Part shown: positions 8,466-18,170 of the stretch, one piece after another | Numbering within the stretch: position 1 is the stretch's first letter | How the letters are laid out: each line of letters begins with the position of its first letter | IMG/VR virus record: IMGVR_UViG_3300015360_000036 | Coordinates: 1-64,000 of that record | Reading direction: 5' to 3' (one strand) | DNA: 64,000 bases | DNA from: a virus | Translations under genes and position numbers: made by a program | Notes under the pieces: model-generated | Told to the model about the DNA's origin: nothing | Seen by the model: only the letters and a program-made list of their open reading frames with translations | Database searches by the model: none

Positions 8466-10247
8466 ATGAAAACTCTCGTAATTGTTGAATCTCCATCGAA
8501 AGCTGATAAAATCCAGCCTTATTTAGGCAAAGATTTTATTTGTTTAGCAAGCAAAGGGCATATCACCGAACTTGCTAAAGGTGGTAAGCATGGAATTGGT
8601 GTGGATGTAAATAAGAATTTTAAACCACATTATGTAATGATGGCGGATAAACTTGATACTTTAGATGCTCTTCTTGCTGCGGCTAAGAAATGTGATCGAG
8701 TGTATATTGCTTCCGACCCTGATCGTGAAGGTGAGGCAATTGCCTGGCACATTGCACAAAGATTAGATGGTATTGAGAAACCAATTAGGCGGATAGTCTT
8801 CAATGAAATTACTAAAGCTGTTGTACAGAAGTCAATCAAAGAAGTACGTGATATTGATATGAACTTGTTCCATTCACAGGAAGCAAGACGTATTTTAGAT
8901 AGACTTGTAGGATTTATGGCATCTCCATTTCTAATGAATTTCATTGGACCAAAGTTATCTGCTGGTAGAGTTCAATCAGTAGTTACTAGAATTGTTATTG
9001 ATCGTGAAAGGGAAATCGAAGCTTTCGTACCAGAAGAGTTTTTTACTATTCAGGTTAATCTTACAAAAGATGGAAAAACTGGGTTCTTAACCAAGTATCC
9101 AGGTAGATTGACAGATCAGGCAACAACTAATGACTTGAAAGATAAATTTTCTGCTAAAGATGTAGAATTTGTTGTTTCTGATGTTATTGCTGATGAAGAG
9201 AAAAAGCCAGCACCACCGCCCCTCATCACATCGACTTTACAACGCACCATGTCTCGTTTACACAGTTTTGAAGCTGATAGGACGATGAAGGCTGCTCAGA
9301 GCTTATATGAAGGCGGGTATTGTACTTATATTAGAACTGACTCAGTTAGAGTTGATGAAGAGGCTATCAAAGAAGTTCGCGAATGGCTGACCAAAAATGG
9401 TCATGCTGTTCCAAAGAAAGAGAACATCTTCAAAAATAAAGATGATGCTCAGGATGCTCACGAGTGCATTCGACCATCAGATTTAAGTTTACTTCCAAAC
9501 GCGAATATGGCAATCATTGATCCAGACGAGAAGTTGGTTTATGAAACGTTATGGAATTATTTCGTGGCTAGCCAAATGATGCCGGCAGTTTACAATACCT
9601 TGAAAGTAATTGCTCATGTCAAGGGAGATAAGAAGCTTGAGGTAAGGGCTTCTGGCAAAGCCTTGAAGTCCAAAGGTTTCCTAGACATTATTGGTGGTTC
9701 TGATGATAGTAAAATTGATATTCCGAATCTTGCTAAGGGTGATGCACTAAAAATACATCCACCGATTCCTGTAAGAATCGAAAAGAAAAAGACGCAGCCA
9801 CCACCAAGGTTTTCGCTAGACAAGTTAATTGATGAGCTTGTAAATAGAGGAATTGGTAGACCAGCTACCTATGCTGACTTGCTATCTAGAATTACTGCAA
9901 GGAATTATGTCGAGAAAAAGGGAAATGTATTCCATGCGACAGATCTTGGTAAGAAAATTACAGATACATTGATTAAGCATTTTACATTTATGGATTATGA
10001 TTATACTGCTAAGATGGAGCAGCAACTAGACTTAATTAAACAGGGTAAAGTAAATCATATTGACGTGCTTAAAGGATTCTTTCCATCATTCAAAGCAGAG
10101 CTTGATAAAGCTTATGTAGAGTTTGGTGGGGATCTTTGTGAGAAATGTGGTAGTCCGATGTCAACTAGAACTACAAAAACTGGCGACAAGTTTATGGGGT
10201 GTTCTGCTTATCCCAAATGTAAAAATACTAAGCCTATCGCAAAGTAA
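8466..10247 (+). CDS. topA: DNA topoisomerase I (type IA)
   Basis: LVIVESPSKA, ASDPDREGEAIAWH, SAGRVQS, catalytic TYIRTDS, GIGRPATY, C-terminal Zn ribbon. Confidence 0.97.
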   Translation: MKTLVIVESPSKADKIQPYLGKDFICLASKGHITELAKGGKHGIGVDVNKNFKPHYVMMADKLDTLDALLAAAKKCDRVYIASDPDREGEAIAWHIAQRLDGIEKPIRRIVFNEITKAVVQKSIKEVRDIDMNLFHSQEARRILDRLVGFMASPFLMNFIGPKLSAGRVQSVVTRIVIDREREIEAFVPEEFFTIQVNLTKDGKTGFLTKYPGRLTDQATTNDLKDKFSAKDVEFVVSDVIADEEKKPAPPPLITSTLQRTMSRLHSFEADRTMKAAQSLYEGGYCTYIRTDSVRVDEEAIKEVREWLTKNGHAVPKKENIFKNKDDAQDAHECIRPSDLSLLPNANMAIIDPDEKLVYETLWNYFVASQMMPAVYNTLKVIAHVKGDKKLEVRASGKALKSKGFLDIIGGSDDSKIDIPNLAKGDALKIHPPIPVRIEKKKTQPPPRFSLDKLIDELVNRGIGRPATYADLLSRITARNYVEKKGNVFHATDLGKKITDTLIKHFTFMDYDYTAKMEQQLDLIKQGKVNHIDVLKGFFPSFKAELDKAYVEFGGDLCEKCGSPMSTRTTKTGDKFMGCSAYPKCKNTKPIAK

Positions 10248-10339
10248 TCATTATCAATATGTTGGTTCTAGCCGTCGATATAGATAGTTCGCAAGTAACA
10301 AACGTATTAAAATAATAGAAAGAACGAGCATTTTTGCTA

Positions 10340-11665
10340 ATGAATAAAAATAATAAAGTGGCTGATACAGATTATCTTGCGCCAAAGGAGCTAGAAGGAC
10401 AAGAGACTTTAAATAAAAGTGTTCTTATCAACATGACTCCACGTAGAACTGTGCATGATGTTAATAGTACTAGACCAACCCAAAACTTCATCGATGTAAT
10501 GAAGTGGGCTGAATCTAATTTTACTAAAGTGTTAGCAGATAGAACTAATGTCAATAGATTTATTCACAATCGAATTGTAATAGATGGTCAATTTTTGCAA
10601 TTTGCTAAAGAGCAAGGAATAAAAATTGAATGCTTGTACAAGGATTCAGTTATTTCTTGGAAGACTGAACATTCATTTGAAAAATTCTTTGTACAAGGGG
10701 TATTTCTTATTGAAGCTAAGGGCGTTGAATTTCTACATGCCGCTATTTTCCATAAGGGAAATCAATTCGAAGATGAAATTAGCTTCTTCGTTCTTTGTTC
10801 AGATTCAAACTTTGAAGCCTACATCAAACTTAGGAATTCGTTTGATGAGTGGGTAACTAAGAGAGATAGAGGTAATCTTCACATTAGAGTAATTGGTGGT
10901 GAAGATATTCCTTATACGAAGGATAGTTCATGGGAGGAGTTGTTCTTACCAGAAGATATTAAGACAGATGTAAAAGATTTAGTTGAAGGATTTTTAGCAT
11001 CAAAAGATTTTTATCTTGAAAACAGGATTCCTTGGAAACGTGGGGTGCTGTTATATGGTGAGCCAGGAAATGGTAAAACATCCATTATTCGTTCAATAAT
11101 GGCAAATTACAATTTCAAACCAGTAACACCAGTTGCTGGTGCAAGTGATGATGCCATTAGAGAAACCTTTGCTTACGCAGAAGAGCAAAATCCTTCATTA
11201 TTATATTTTGAAGATCTCGATTCAATGATTGAAAATGGATTAAATGTTTCATCTTTCTTGAACTTAATGGATGGTATCTCTGCTAAGAATGGTCTTTTGG
11301 TTATTGCGACAGCAAATAATTTCAAAAAATTACCATATAGCATAACAGATAGACCATCACGTTTCGATAGAAAATTTGAGATTCCATTACCAAATCAGGA
11401 AATGGCGTATATATATCTTAAGAGATGGTTCGGCGCGCTCATTACCGCAAAGAAATGCAAAGAGCTTGCTAAACTATCGGAGAAGTACGGATTCTCTTAT
11501 GCTTACTTAAAGGAAATTTATATTTCTTCAATGTTTGAAGCTCTTGCTCATAAGAAGAAGGTTCCAACGGAGAAGGATGTAGATAATGCGCTTAATAGGT
11601 TGATGAAAGATAAAAACATTCTAAGGAATGCGAATAAGATTAACACGGATAGATATTTCAAGTAA
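10340..11665 (+). CDS. AAA+ ATPase (stand-alone, classic AAA clade)
   Basis: RGVLLYGEPGNGKT, YFEDLD, IATAN, DRPSRFDRK second region of homology. Confidence 0.9.
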   Translation: MNKNNKVADTDYLAPKELEGQETLNKSVLINMTPRRTVHDVNSTRPTQNFIDVMKWAESNFTKVLADRTNVNRFIHNRIVIDGQFLQFAKEQGIKIECLYKDSVISWKTEHSFEKFFVQGVFLIEAKGVEFLHAAIFHKGNQFEDEISFFVLCSDSNFEAYIKLRNSFDEWVTKRDRGNLHIRVIGGEDIPYTKDSSWEELFLPEDIKTDVKDLVEGFLASKDFYLENRIPWKRGVLLYGEPGNGKTSIIRSIMANYNFKPVTPVAGASDDAIRETFAYAEEQNPSLLYFEDLDSMIENGLNVSSFLNLMDGISAKNGLLVIATANNFKKLPYSITDRPSRFDRKFEIPLPNQEMAYIYLKRWFGALITAKKCKELAKLSEKYGFSYAYLKEIYISSMFEALAHKKKVPTEKDVDNALNRLMKDKNILRNANKINTDRYFK

Positions 11666-11689
11666 GGTTAAATTAGGTTACAGGTAGAA

Positions 11690-12058
11690 ATGAAAGACAA
11701 TTATTCTAAAGGTAGAAAACCATTTAAAAAGGCACTGAAAGGGGGTGATTCGCAAGCCGACGATATTATTATCGATGAAGTTTCAAAAAATGAACCAGTA
11801 CTCGGAGAATATTTAGAAGTAAAAGTTTTCAATAACTTTGAAAAGGCAATACGAGCTTTCAGGGCAGTAGTTCAAAAAGAGCGTATTTTATCCCTTTATA
11901 AGGAAAAGCAGTCATTTGAAAAACCTTCTGATAAGCGCAGAAGGAAGCGTAATGAGATGAAACGAAAGCGTTTAGAGTTAGAGAGTGATAATGGTTCAGA
12001 ACCTAAGGTCAAAAAGACTTTCAAAAAGCACTCCTTTAAGGATACTTCTCCAGAATAA
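11690..12058 (+). CDS. rpsU: ribosomal protein bS21 homolog with terminal extensions
   Basis: EVKVFNNFEKAIRAFRAVVQKERILSLYKEKQSFEKPSDKRRRK matches the bS21 consensus. Confidence 0.88.
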   Translation: MKDNYSKGRKPFKKALKGGDSQADDIIIDEVSKNEPVLGEYLEVKVFNNFEKAIRAFRAVVQKERILSLYKEKQSFEKPSDKRRRKRNEMKRKRLELESDNGSEPKVKKTFKKHSFKDTSPE

Positions 12059-12069
12059 CTGGAGCCAAC

Positions 12070-12819
12070 ATGAATCAACAAACCAAGTTTTATAAAAATT
12101 CAGCAAGATCGAAAGATCCTACGCCTGAACATAAGCCATACGTTCCTCAATATCAAGTAATGGGTATTGAGCCAGAACCATATATTAGCCCTTTGGATCA
12201 AAATCAAACTCCACACCATACTCCAGTAGTATTACGTGGGGCGCCTAGAGAGCCATTACCTCTTGATAACCCAAGGGGTCGTAAGGTTGGTATGAGAAAT
12301 ATGCCTTATGCAGAGACTTCTGTATCTCCTGTTGGAAGAGGTAGGGGTCCAGTTCCTAATGTTGGTAATAACATGGAACATACTTGGTCAAGTGTTGATA
12401 GTGAAATAATCGATGATGTGTCTGGTTTATCTATTGATCAGACACATCATATGGTTGATAATAATGATTTCGTATCTGATGAAGCGTTAGGTGTACAAAC
12501 CAACGTTCAAACCTCTTCTTTAGGAGGTAAGGTTCGCATAGAGGGTGAAGAAGATAAGGCTTATTTAACTGAAAATGATTTAAAGAAGATCTTATCAGAT
12601 AAGAAAGAAATCACTTCTTTATCTTTATTGAAGGATAATCATTATATGGCTATACTTTTCGATAAAGTCGTCGCCACAGGACCAATTGATAAGGTTCAAG
12701 CAATAGTTTCATCATTAATTTTTGGTGAACATAAAGATTATCAAAACGTATCTATCTCTATAGATGATATAGTAGTCGTTAAGAAGATCAAGCTTAAAGT
12801 AGGTGTCTTCTTAGAATAA
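12070..12819 (+). CDS. hypothetical protein
   Basis: GGAG RBS; Pro-rich N-terminus. Confidence 0.6.
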   Translation: MNQQTKFYKNSARSKDPTPEHKPYVPQYQVMGIEPEPYISPLDQNQTPHHTPVVLRGAPREPLPLDNPRGRKVGMRNMPYAETSVSPVGRGRGPVPNVGNNMEHTWSSVDSEIIDDVSGLSIDQTHHMVDNNDFVSDEALGVQTNVQTSSLGGKVRIEGEEDKAYLTENDLKKILSDKKEITSLSLLKDNHYMAILFDKVVATGPIDKVQAIVSSLIFGEHKDYQNVSISIDDIVVVKKIKLKVGVFLE

Positions 12820-12828
12820 GGGACTACT

Positions 12829-13569
12829 ATGAGTGATGGACAAAGAAAAGTTACTGATGTTATTTTGGATTTAGAAGCTAAAGTTAATGCATTATTAACT
12901 TCATCTAAAAATCAAGAAATGCTTGTAAAGATAATGTCAAACAAATTGAATGAATTATTACAAGCACAATCGGTTCCAAAGCCTGTTGTAGGAAAACCTT
13001 TTGTTGAGGCAGTTAATACTACACATCAAAAGGCTATTGAGATTTCATCGGAAACTAAACTTCCAATGCAAGATCTTCCAAATGGATTTAGAAGAACTTC
13101 AAGACCTGAAACTTATTCTGGTGATAATCAATATTTACCAGTAACAGATCAAGGAGTAACCAAATTCCCTATGCAGTTGCCTAAACAGCCTGAGGCAGAA
13201 GTAAGGGTACCTGCGCCAGCTACTACAAAAAAAGAAACACCAACATTCACAGAGAAACCTGTACCTTCTGAAATTCAAAATAGGGTTGTAAGTAATGCAA
13301 TTCCTGTTATTCAAAGAATTGTAGATTCAACTGGTAAATCTATATTTTTGGCAGATGTCGAAATCACAGATGTAGATGGTAAGACACCAACATATAAATC
13401 TAGAACAAATGGTACTGGTAAATGGATGGCAACATTAGCGCCTGGGCAGTATAAAGTAGTCATTCGTAAAAGAGAATCGTTGACAAAAGAGAAGTTAGAG
13501 TCCACACAGGAGATTACTGTGACTGGAGCTGTTAGTCCATTTGAACTGCCAATTCTTATTATGAGATAA
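12829..13569 (+). CDS. hypothetical protein with C-terminal prealbumin/carboxypeptidase-regulatory-like beta domain
   Basis: RTNGTGKWMATLAPGQYKV motif after a coiled coil and linker. Confidence 0.55.
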   Translation: MSDGQRKVTDVILDLEAKVNALLTSSKNQEMLVKIMSNKLNELLQAQSVPKPVVGKPFVEAVNTTHQKAIEISSETKLPMQDLPNGFRRTSRPETYSGDNQYLPVTDQGVTKFPMQLPKQPEAEVRVPAPATTKKETPTFTEKPVPSEIQNRVVSNAIPVIQRIVDSTGKSIFLADVEITDVDGKTPTYKSRTNGTGKWMATLAPGQYKVVIRKRESLTKEKLESTQEITVTGAVSPFELPILIMR

Positions 13570-13593
13570 TGTCAATAAAAATACATATATGGC

Positions 13594-15384
13594 ATGACTA
13601 TTGTAATTAGAAAAAAAATATCTAGTGATAATATAAAAGCTTATGAAATACAAGGTTTTATACACGATTATTACAATAATGGATTTATTGCTCAAGAAAA
13701 TAGAGATACGTACCAAAGAGGTGTTGTACCAAGATCAAAAATAGCTCTCTGGGATGCAAATGATGTTGTAAAATACTTAAAATCATTTGATGATAATACA
13801 AAACAAATGATTTCTAAATTGATTGAAATGACTCAATCAACTGATGTGATAGATCTTAAAAAGTATGTTGAGTTAGTAAAATTTGCTAAAGAAGTATTCA
13901 TTAGACATTTTAGTAAATTAACAAATGAAGCAAAATCAATTCTATTTACTGTATTTAATACAGCCTCTTCAAAATTACAAGTTATGCGTAGTGAATCTAA
14001 ACCAGATGCTATGATACCTTTAGCTGCGGCAGCCACACTACTTACTTTAACTGTAAATCAATTAAAATCTGTAATAGATAAAGTAAATAAATTACCTAAT
14101 AAGTATTCAGATGAAATTTCAGAATTGGAAGAAGAGTCCAAATATAACACATATGTTGGAATGGAAGATCCAATACGGGCTCAAATTAATGAATTGAGTA
14201 AGCTTGCAGCTAACATTATTATTGTTAATGAAAATATATCTTCAAATATTGAGGTGAAAATTGATAAGATAAAGATAAGTGATTTCAACAAATTAGCTGC
14301 ATATGCACGTTATATGAGGCAGAATGAAGGTGACGATCCTATTATTGTTCCAGCAACAAATAACACCGCTAATCCAATATTAGATCAATCAAAAGAGTAT
14401 TTATCATTGATTATGGATGATGGATTTCATGATTCACAAAATGCTTTAGTTGCTTTAGGACTAATTTATGAATTAAGTGGTTCAAAATCAATAATTAATA
14501 TATTGAAAAAGCCAAATATATCAGATAGAGTAATTGGTGCTATAGCTGAATTAATACAAAAAGGTAATGATGTTGATTTGTTTGATCAAATTATATCACA
14601 GATTGAATCAATAGAGAAATATGACTTATTTCAATCAATGTTCATAAATGATGTTAATTACGAATTTCTTCACAATTTAATAGAAAAGAACATTGATAAT
14701 GTAATATTTATGAATCAATTTGTTAATGGAACATTAAATAGAATTTCCGCAGCAGTAATACTTGATTTACTTAGTAAATACCCTGAAAAATTCGCTAATA
14801 TTGATCTTAATTTGCATAAGGTAATTGGGTACGTGTCAAGACATATTGATGATATAATCTATATTATTGAATCATTATTAAATAGCGGTAAACCTGAACA
14901 ATTACTAAAGTACATCAATCAAATGTTAGGTTATTTATCTTACCCTATGTACGCTATAAAAATATTAGGTAAATATGGAAATATTATTTCCAGCAATGAA
15001 TCATCAGTAATAGCATTTTTCAAAGATAAAAATGTAACAAAACAGATGGTCAAAGAAATGAATTGGCAAAATATTATTTCAGTTATGAAGATTGTAAATA
15101 AATACCCTAATTTGCAATCTATTTTCACTGGAATAGCTGAAGCAATTGAAGATCAACTAAACGATAGGGTTTATTCATTATTACTTAAAGCAATTCCATT
15201 TACACAAGAATATAAGAGCATATTAGATTCATATAGGGCAAATGTTCTTAAGACCCAAGAAGATGCTAAAAATTATATTCAGAAAATGGTAGAGCCGCAA
15301 ACAGCTAATTTGCCAATAAATAATGAACAGCCATCTAAACAAAGTGTAGCAAATATGATTTTTGCATTAAGATCATCTAGATAA
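13594..15384 (+). CDS. hypothetical helical protein
   Basis: 596-aa Ile/Asn-rich ORF. Confidence 0.6.
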   Translation: MTIVIRKKISSDNIKAYEIQGFIHDYYNNGFIAQENRDTYQRGVVPRSKIALWDANDVVKYLKSFDDNTKQMISKLIEMTQSTDVIDLKKYVELVKFAKEVFIRHFSKLTNEAKSILFTVFNTASSKLQVMRSESKPDAMIPLAAAATLLTLTVNQLKSVIDKVNKLPNKYSDEISELEEESKYNTYVGMEDPIRAQINELSKLAANIIIVNENISSNIEVKIDKIKISDFNKLAAYARYMRQNEGDDPIIVPATNNTANPILDQSKEYLSLIMDDGFHDSQNALVALGLIYELSGSKSIINILKKPNISDRVIGAIAELIQKGNDVDLFDQIISQIESIEKYDLFQSMFINDVNYEFLHNLIEKNIDNVIFMNQFVNGTLNRISAAVILDLLSKYPEKFANIDLNLHKVIGYVSRHIDDIIYIIESLLNSGKPEQLLKYINQMLGYLSYPMYAIKILGKYGNIISSNESSVIAFFKDKNVTKQMVKEMNWQNIISVMKIVNKYPNLQSIFTGIAEAIEDQLNDRVYSLLLKAIPFTQEYKSILDSYRANVLKTQEDAKNYIQKMVEPQTANLPINNEQPSKQSVANMIFALRSSR

Positions 15385-15420
15385 TTTGATTAAATTATCA
15401 GATTCTTACTTTGATATATA

Positions 15421-16140
15421 ATGAGTATGTCAACCAAAAATTTAAAATTCCAAGTAATAGTCAGTGATCCCGCCTGGTCATTTTCAGATTCACTTTCCAT
15501 GTCTGACGTAGCTAGAGGTGCTTCCGCTAACTATAAGACCATGACGCTTTCAGATATTAAAGCGCTTCCTGTAAAAGAGGTTGCTGACCCTACCGGAGCC
15601 GTGCTAGCTCTCTGGGTTCCGTCTTCTCTTTTGCAGGAAGGCTTAGATACTATTAAAGCCTGGGGATTTACTCACAAACAAACATATATTTGGGTAAAGA
15701 CTAAGAAGACACCATTATCTAATTTTTTATCAGTAGTTAAGAAGCAAGTAAAGCAACTTAATAAAGCCAAAGGGACAGATATCCCAGATGGCATGATAAA
15801 TACTATTTTGACTACATGTAAGAATTTTAAAATTAAAGATACATTGGCATTTGGAATGGGTCGTCTATTTAGGCAAACGCATGAAATTTGTTTAATCGGT
15901 ACTAATAAAAATGGTATTTATAAATTACTTAAGAACAAGTCACAACGTTCAGTATCATTTGCTGAAAATCTTAAGCATTCAGCAAAGCCAGAAGATTTAC
16001 AAGATTCACTAGAACAGATGTTTCCAGGTACAAATAAGTTAGAAATGTTTGCTCGAAGAGAACGTACTGATTGGACTTGTTTAGGAAATGAAGTTGGTTT
16101 GAAGGAAGATATTCGCGATTCAATCGCAAAATTAATTTAA
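15421..16140 (+). CDS. MT-A70-family adenine methyltransferase
   Basis: VIVSDPAW, ALWV, AWGF, WVK, HSAKP, LEMFAR, WTCLGNE. Confidence 0.9.
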   Translation: MSMSTKNLKFQVIVSDPAWSFSDSLSMSDVARGASANYKTMTLSDIKALPVKEVADPTGAVLALWVPSSLLQEGLDTIKAWGFTHKQTYIWVKTKKTPLSNFLSVVKKQVKQLNKAKGTDIPDGMINTILTTCKNFKIKDTLAFGMGRLFRQTHEICLIGTNKNGIYKLLKNKSQRSVSFAENLKHSAKPEDLQDSLEQMFPGTNKLEMFARRERTDWTCLGNEVGLKEDIRDSIAKLI

Positions 16141-16185
16141 TACGCGGTCCATTGACCGTTAATTTACAGGGATTACGGTGATGCT

Positions 16186-16704
16186 ATGTCCAAAAAAACA
16201 CTGCTACTGAGCGCAAGCTATGAGGTTATTTCTTTCATTCCAGAGAGAAAAGCTTTCAAGTTATTTTTTAACGATAAAGACAAGGTGGAAGTCATCTCAA
16301 GCTGGGATGATGAAATCACTTGGTCTTCCGGTAAAGTTAAGCACCCATCAATCCTGAGACTAAAGAATTACGTAAGAAGGAATTACTATAACTCAAACTT
16401 CAGCCGTAAGGCTTTGGTCAAAAGAGATAAGAGTACTTGCCAATTCTGTGCAAAGAAGCTTGTAGCATCACAGATTACGATAGATCATGTTCTTCCAAGA
16501 GCGCAGGGAGGAGTTACATCTTTCACTAACTGTGTTGTATCTTGTCAGATTTGCAATAATAAAAAAGCAGATCGTACTCCAGAACAAGCTAAGATGACTT
16601 TGTTGAAGAAACCAACACATCCTTCATTTTCATCCAACATATATGTTGCTGATCCTCAAGAGTATTGGCATAATGATTGGGATGATTTCTTAGGCAATGT
16701 TTAA
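16186..16704 (+). CDS. HNH endonuclease (McrA-like)
   Basis: TLLLSASYE N-terminus; RD..CQFC...TIDHVLPRAQGG...NCVVSCQICNNKK. Confidence 0.92.
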   Translation: MSKKTLLLSASYEVISFIPERKAFKLFFNDKDKVEVISSWDDEITWSSGKVKHPSILRLKNYVRRNYYNSNFSRKALVKRDKSTCQFCAKKLVASQITIDHVLPRAQGGVTSFTNCVVSCQICNNKKADRTPEQAKMTLLKKPTHPSFSSNIYVADPQEYWHNDWDDFLGNV

Positions 16705-16707
16705 TAT

Positions 16708-16741
16708 AAAAGACCATGTATTTAACGTACATGGTCTTTTT
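16708..16741 (+). terminator. intrinsic terminator, possibly bidirectional
   Basis: 13-bp inverted repeat AAAAGACCATGTA / TACATGGTCTTTT right after the HNH stop. Confidence 0.75.
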
Positions 16742-16796
16742 GTCATGCGAATAATACAGAATACTATATACCCTGAACTGATATATAGGAAGAACC

Positions 16797-17051
16797 ATGA
16801 CAAACACGGTAAGCTGCAACTGTATAGTATGTGCTCAAGAGTTTCAACCAGAGGAACTTCAAAGCTTAGCATCGTCTAAGATTAATGCCACACGCTTTAA
16901 GATCTGCCAAGCTTGCTTGGATAAGTGTGATCCTGAAGACGACTATAATCAAGCTCGTGATATCGTCAATTCATATTTGAATTTTGCATATGCTAAAAGC
17001 ATGTACAATGAGGCTATGGATATTTTAGATTCTAGAAAGAAATTATCATAA
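16797..17051 (+). CDS. small Zn-finger protein
   Basis: CIVC and CQAC; AGGA RBS. Confidence 0.6.
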   Translation: MTNTVSCNCIVCAQEFQPEELQSLASSKINATRFKICQACLDKCDPEDDYNQARDIVNSYLNFAYAKSMYNEAMDILDSRKKLS

Positions 17052-17210
17052 TATTTCTATAATAATTACTCTATCCTCTTCATCTAAATAATCGTCTTTA
17101 GCTTTCTTTATTAATGGTGTAGGATCAACCTCTATATACAGAGGAATTTGCTCAAAATTGTTTTTCTTTCTATCCTTGCGCTCATGAATAAACGGGAGAA
17201 ATGGTTCCAT
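17046..17210 (-). CDS. 54-aa hypothetical protein not in the ORF track
   Basis: GGAGG RBS, then MEPFLPFIHERKDRKKNNFEQIPLYIEVDPTPLIKKAKDDYLDEEDRVIIIEIL*; fills an intergenic gap. Confidence 0.7.
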   Translation of the reverse strand: MEPFLPFIHERKDRKKNNFEQIPLYIEVDPTPLIKKAKDDYLDEEDRVIIIEIL

Positions 17211-17261
17211 TTTGCCTCCACCAATTACTAATATACGATTTTAGTAATAAAGTAATAAATA

Positions 17262-17459
17262 ATGCTATGTACTAGTTGCAGTAAACTTGCTCAATTACAC
17301 ACTAATAAGGTATGTTCACGCTGTAAAGGCAGTGTTTTTATTAGTATTTCTGTTATTTGTGAAAAATGTTCAAGCAAAACAAAACAATGCTCTGCATGTC
17401 TTAAAAATATATCTTCACCATCTAGTAAGTCAGGTGGATGTGGACAATGCGGTAAATGA
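17262..17459 (+). CDS. Cys-rich small protein (five CxxC pairs, CRIPT-like spacing)
   Basis: MLCTSC...CSRCK...CEKC...CSAC...CGQC. Confidence 0.65.
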   Translation: MLCTSCSKLAQLHTNKVCSRCKGSVFISISVICEKCSSKTKQCSACLKNISSPSSKSGGCGQCGK

Positions 17460-17472
17460 TATACAGGACCAT

Positions 17473-18000
17473 ATGATTATTACAAACAACGAAAGTGCTC
17501 TAAGAGTTACATGTGAAGAAGTACTACCTGAAGAGGTAGGTAGTCTTATCGAAATTTTAGAATTAGAATTAGATAATAGCAATAGGCTCGGCAGGGGCGG
17601 AATTGGATTGGCTGGTCCACAAATCGGAATTGCTAAGAAAATAGCTATTGTAAGGTTAAACCAAAACATGAATATCAATCTAATTAATTGTAAGATTGAG
17701 AAAGGCTATGACCCTACGATTTTCAGGGAGGAAGGTTGTTTATCTTTTCCTGGTAGAGTAGAAGATACTATAAGATTTCAGGAGGTATATATTACTGGTA
17801 ACCTAACTTATCCTCATAGTTTTGTTGCAACTGGTTTATTAGCTGTTGTATGTCAGCATGAAATTGATCATCTAAATAGTATTATATTTACTGATAGAAT
17901 AAACCCAAAGCCGATAATGATTAAAAAATCAAAAGTTGGTCCTAATGACCCTTGTTTGTGCGGTTCAAACAAAAAATATAAGAAATGTTGTGCTAAATGA
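17473..18000 (+). CDS. def: peptide deformylase with C-terminal SEC-C motif
   Basis: GIGLAGPQIG, EGCLS, QHEIDHL; tail KVGPNDPCLCGSNKKYKKCC; AGGA RBS before ATG 17473. Confidence 0.93.
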   Translation: MIITNNESALRVTCEEVLPEEVGSLIEILELELDNSNRLGRGGIGLAGPQIGIAKKIAIVRLNQNMNINLINCKIEKGYDPTIFREEGCLSFPGRVEDTIRFQEVYITGNLTYPHSFVATGLLAVVCQHEIDHLNSIIFTDRINPKPIMIKKSKVGPNDPCLCGSNKKYKKCCAK

Positions 18001-18170
18001 ATAATGAACTTGATGTGCAGGTAGCAGAGATATTAGTCAGACTAATTGCTCTTGAAAATCTCCTAATAAAGAAAAATCTAATTCTTGGAGAGGAAATTGT
18101 CAAAGAGATGAAAGGTATAACAGACTCTGTGGTCGCTGCTTTAGCTTCTAAAGAATCAGAATCTAAATGA
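17997..18170 (+). CDS. 57-aa hypothetical protein not in the ORF track
   Basis: ATGA overlaps with both neighbours; MNNELDVQVAEILVRLIALENLLIKK... Confidence 0.7.
   Translation: MNNELDVQVAEILVRLIALENLLIKKNLILGEEIVKEMKGITDSVVAALASKESESK

Noticed and set aside
17287-17472. N-terminal extension of peptide deformylase in the ORF track
   Set aside because: It overlaps the Cys-rich gene; the RBS and domain start fit ATG 17473
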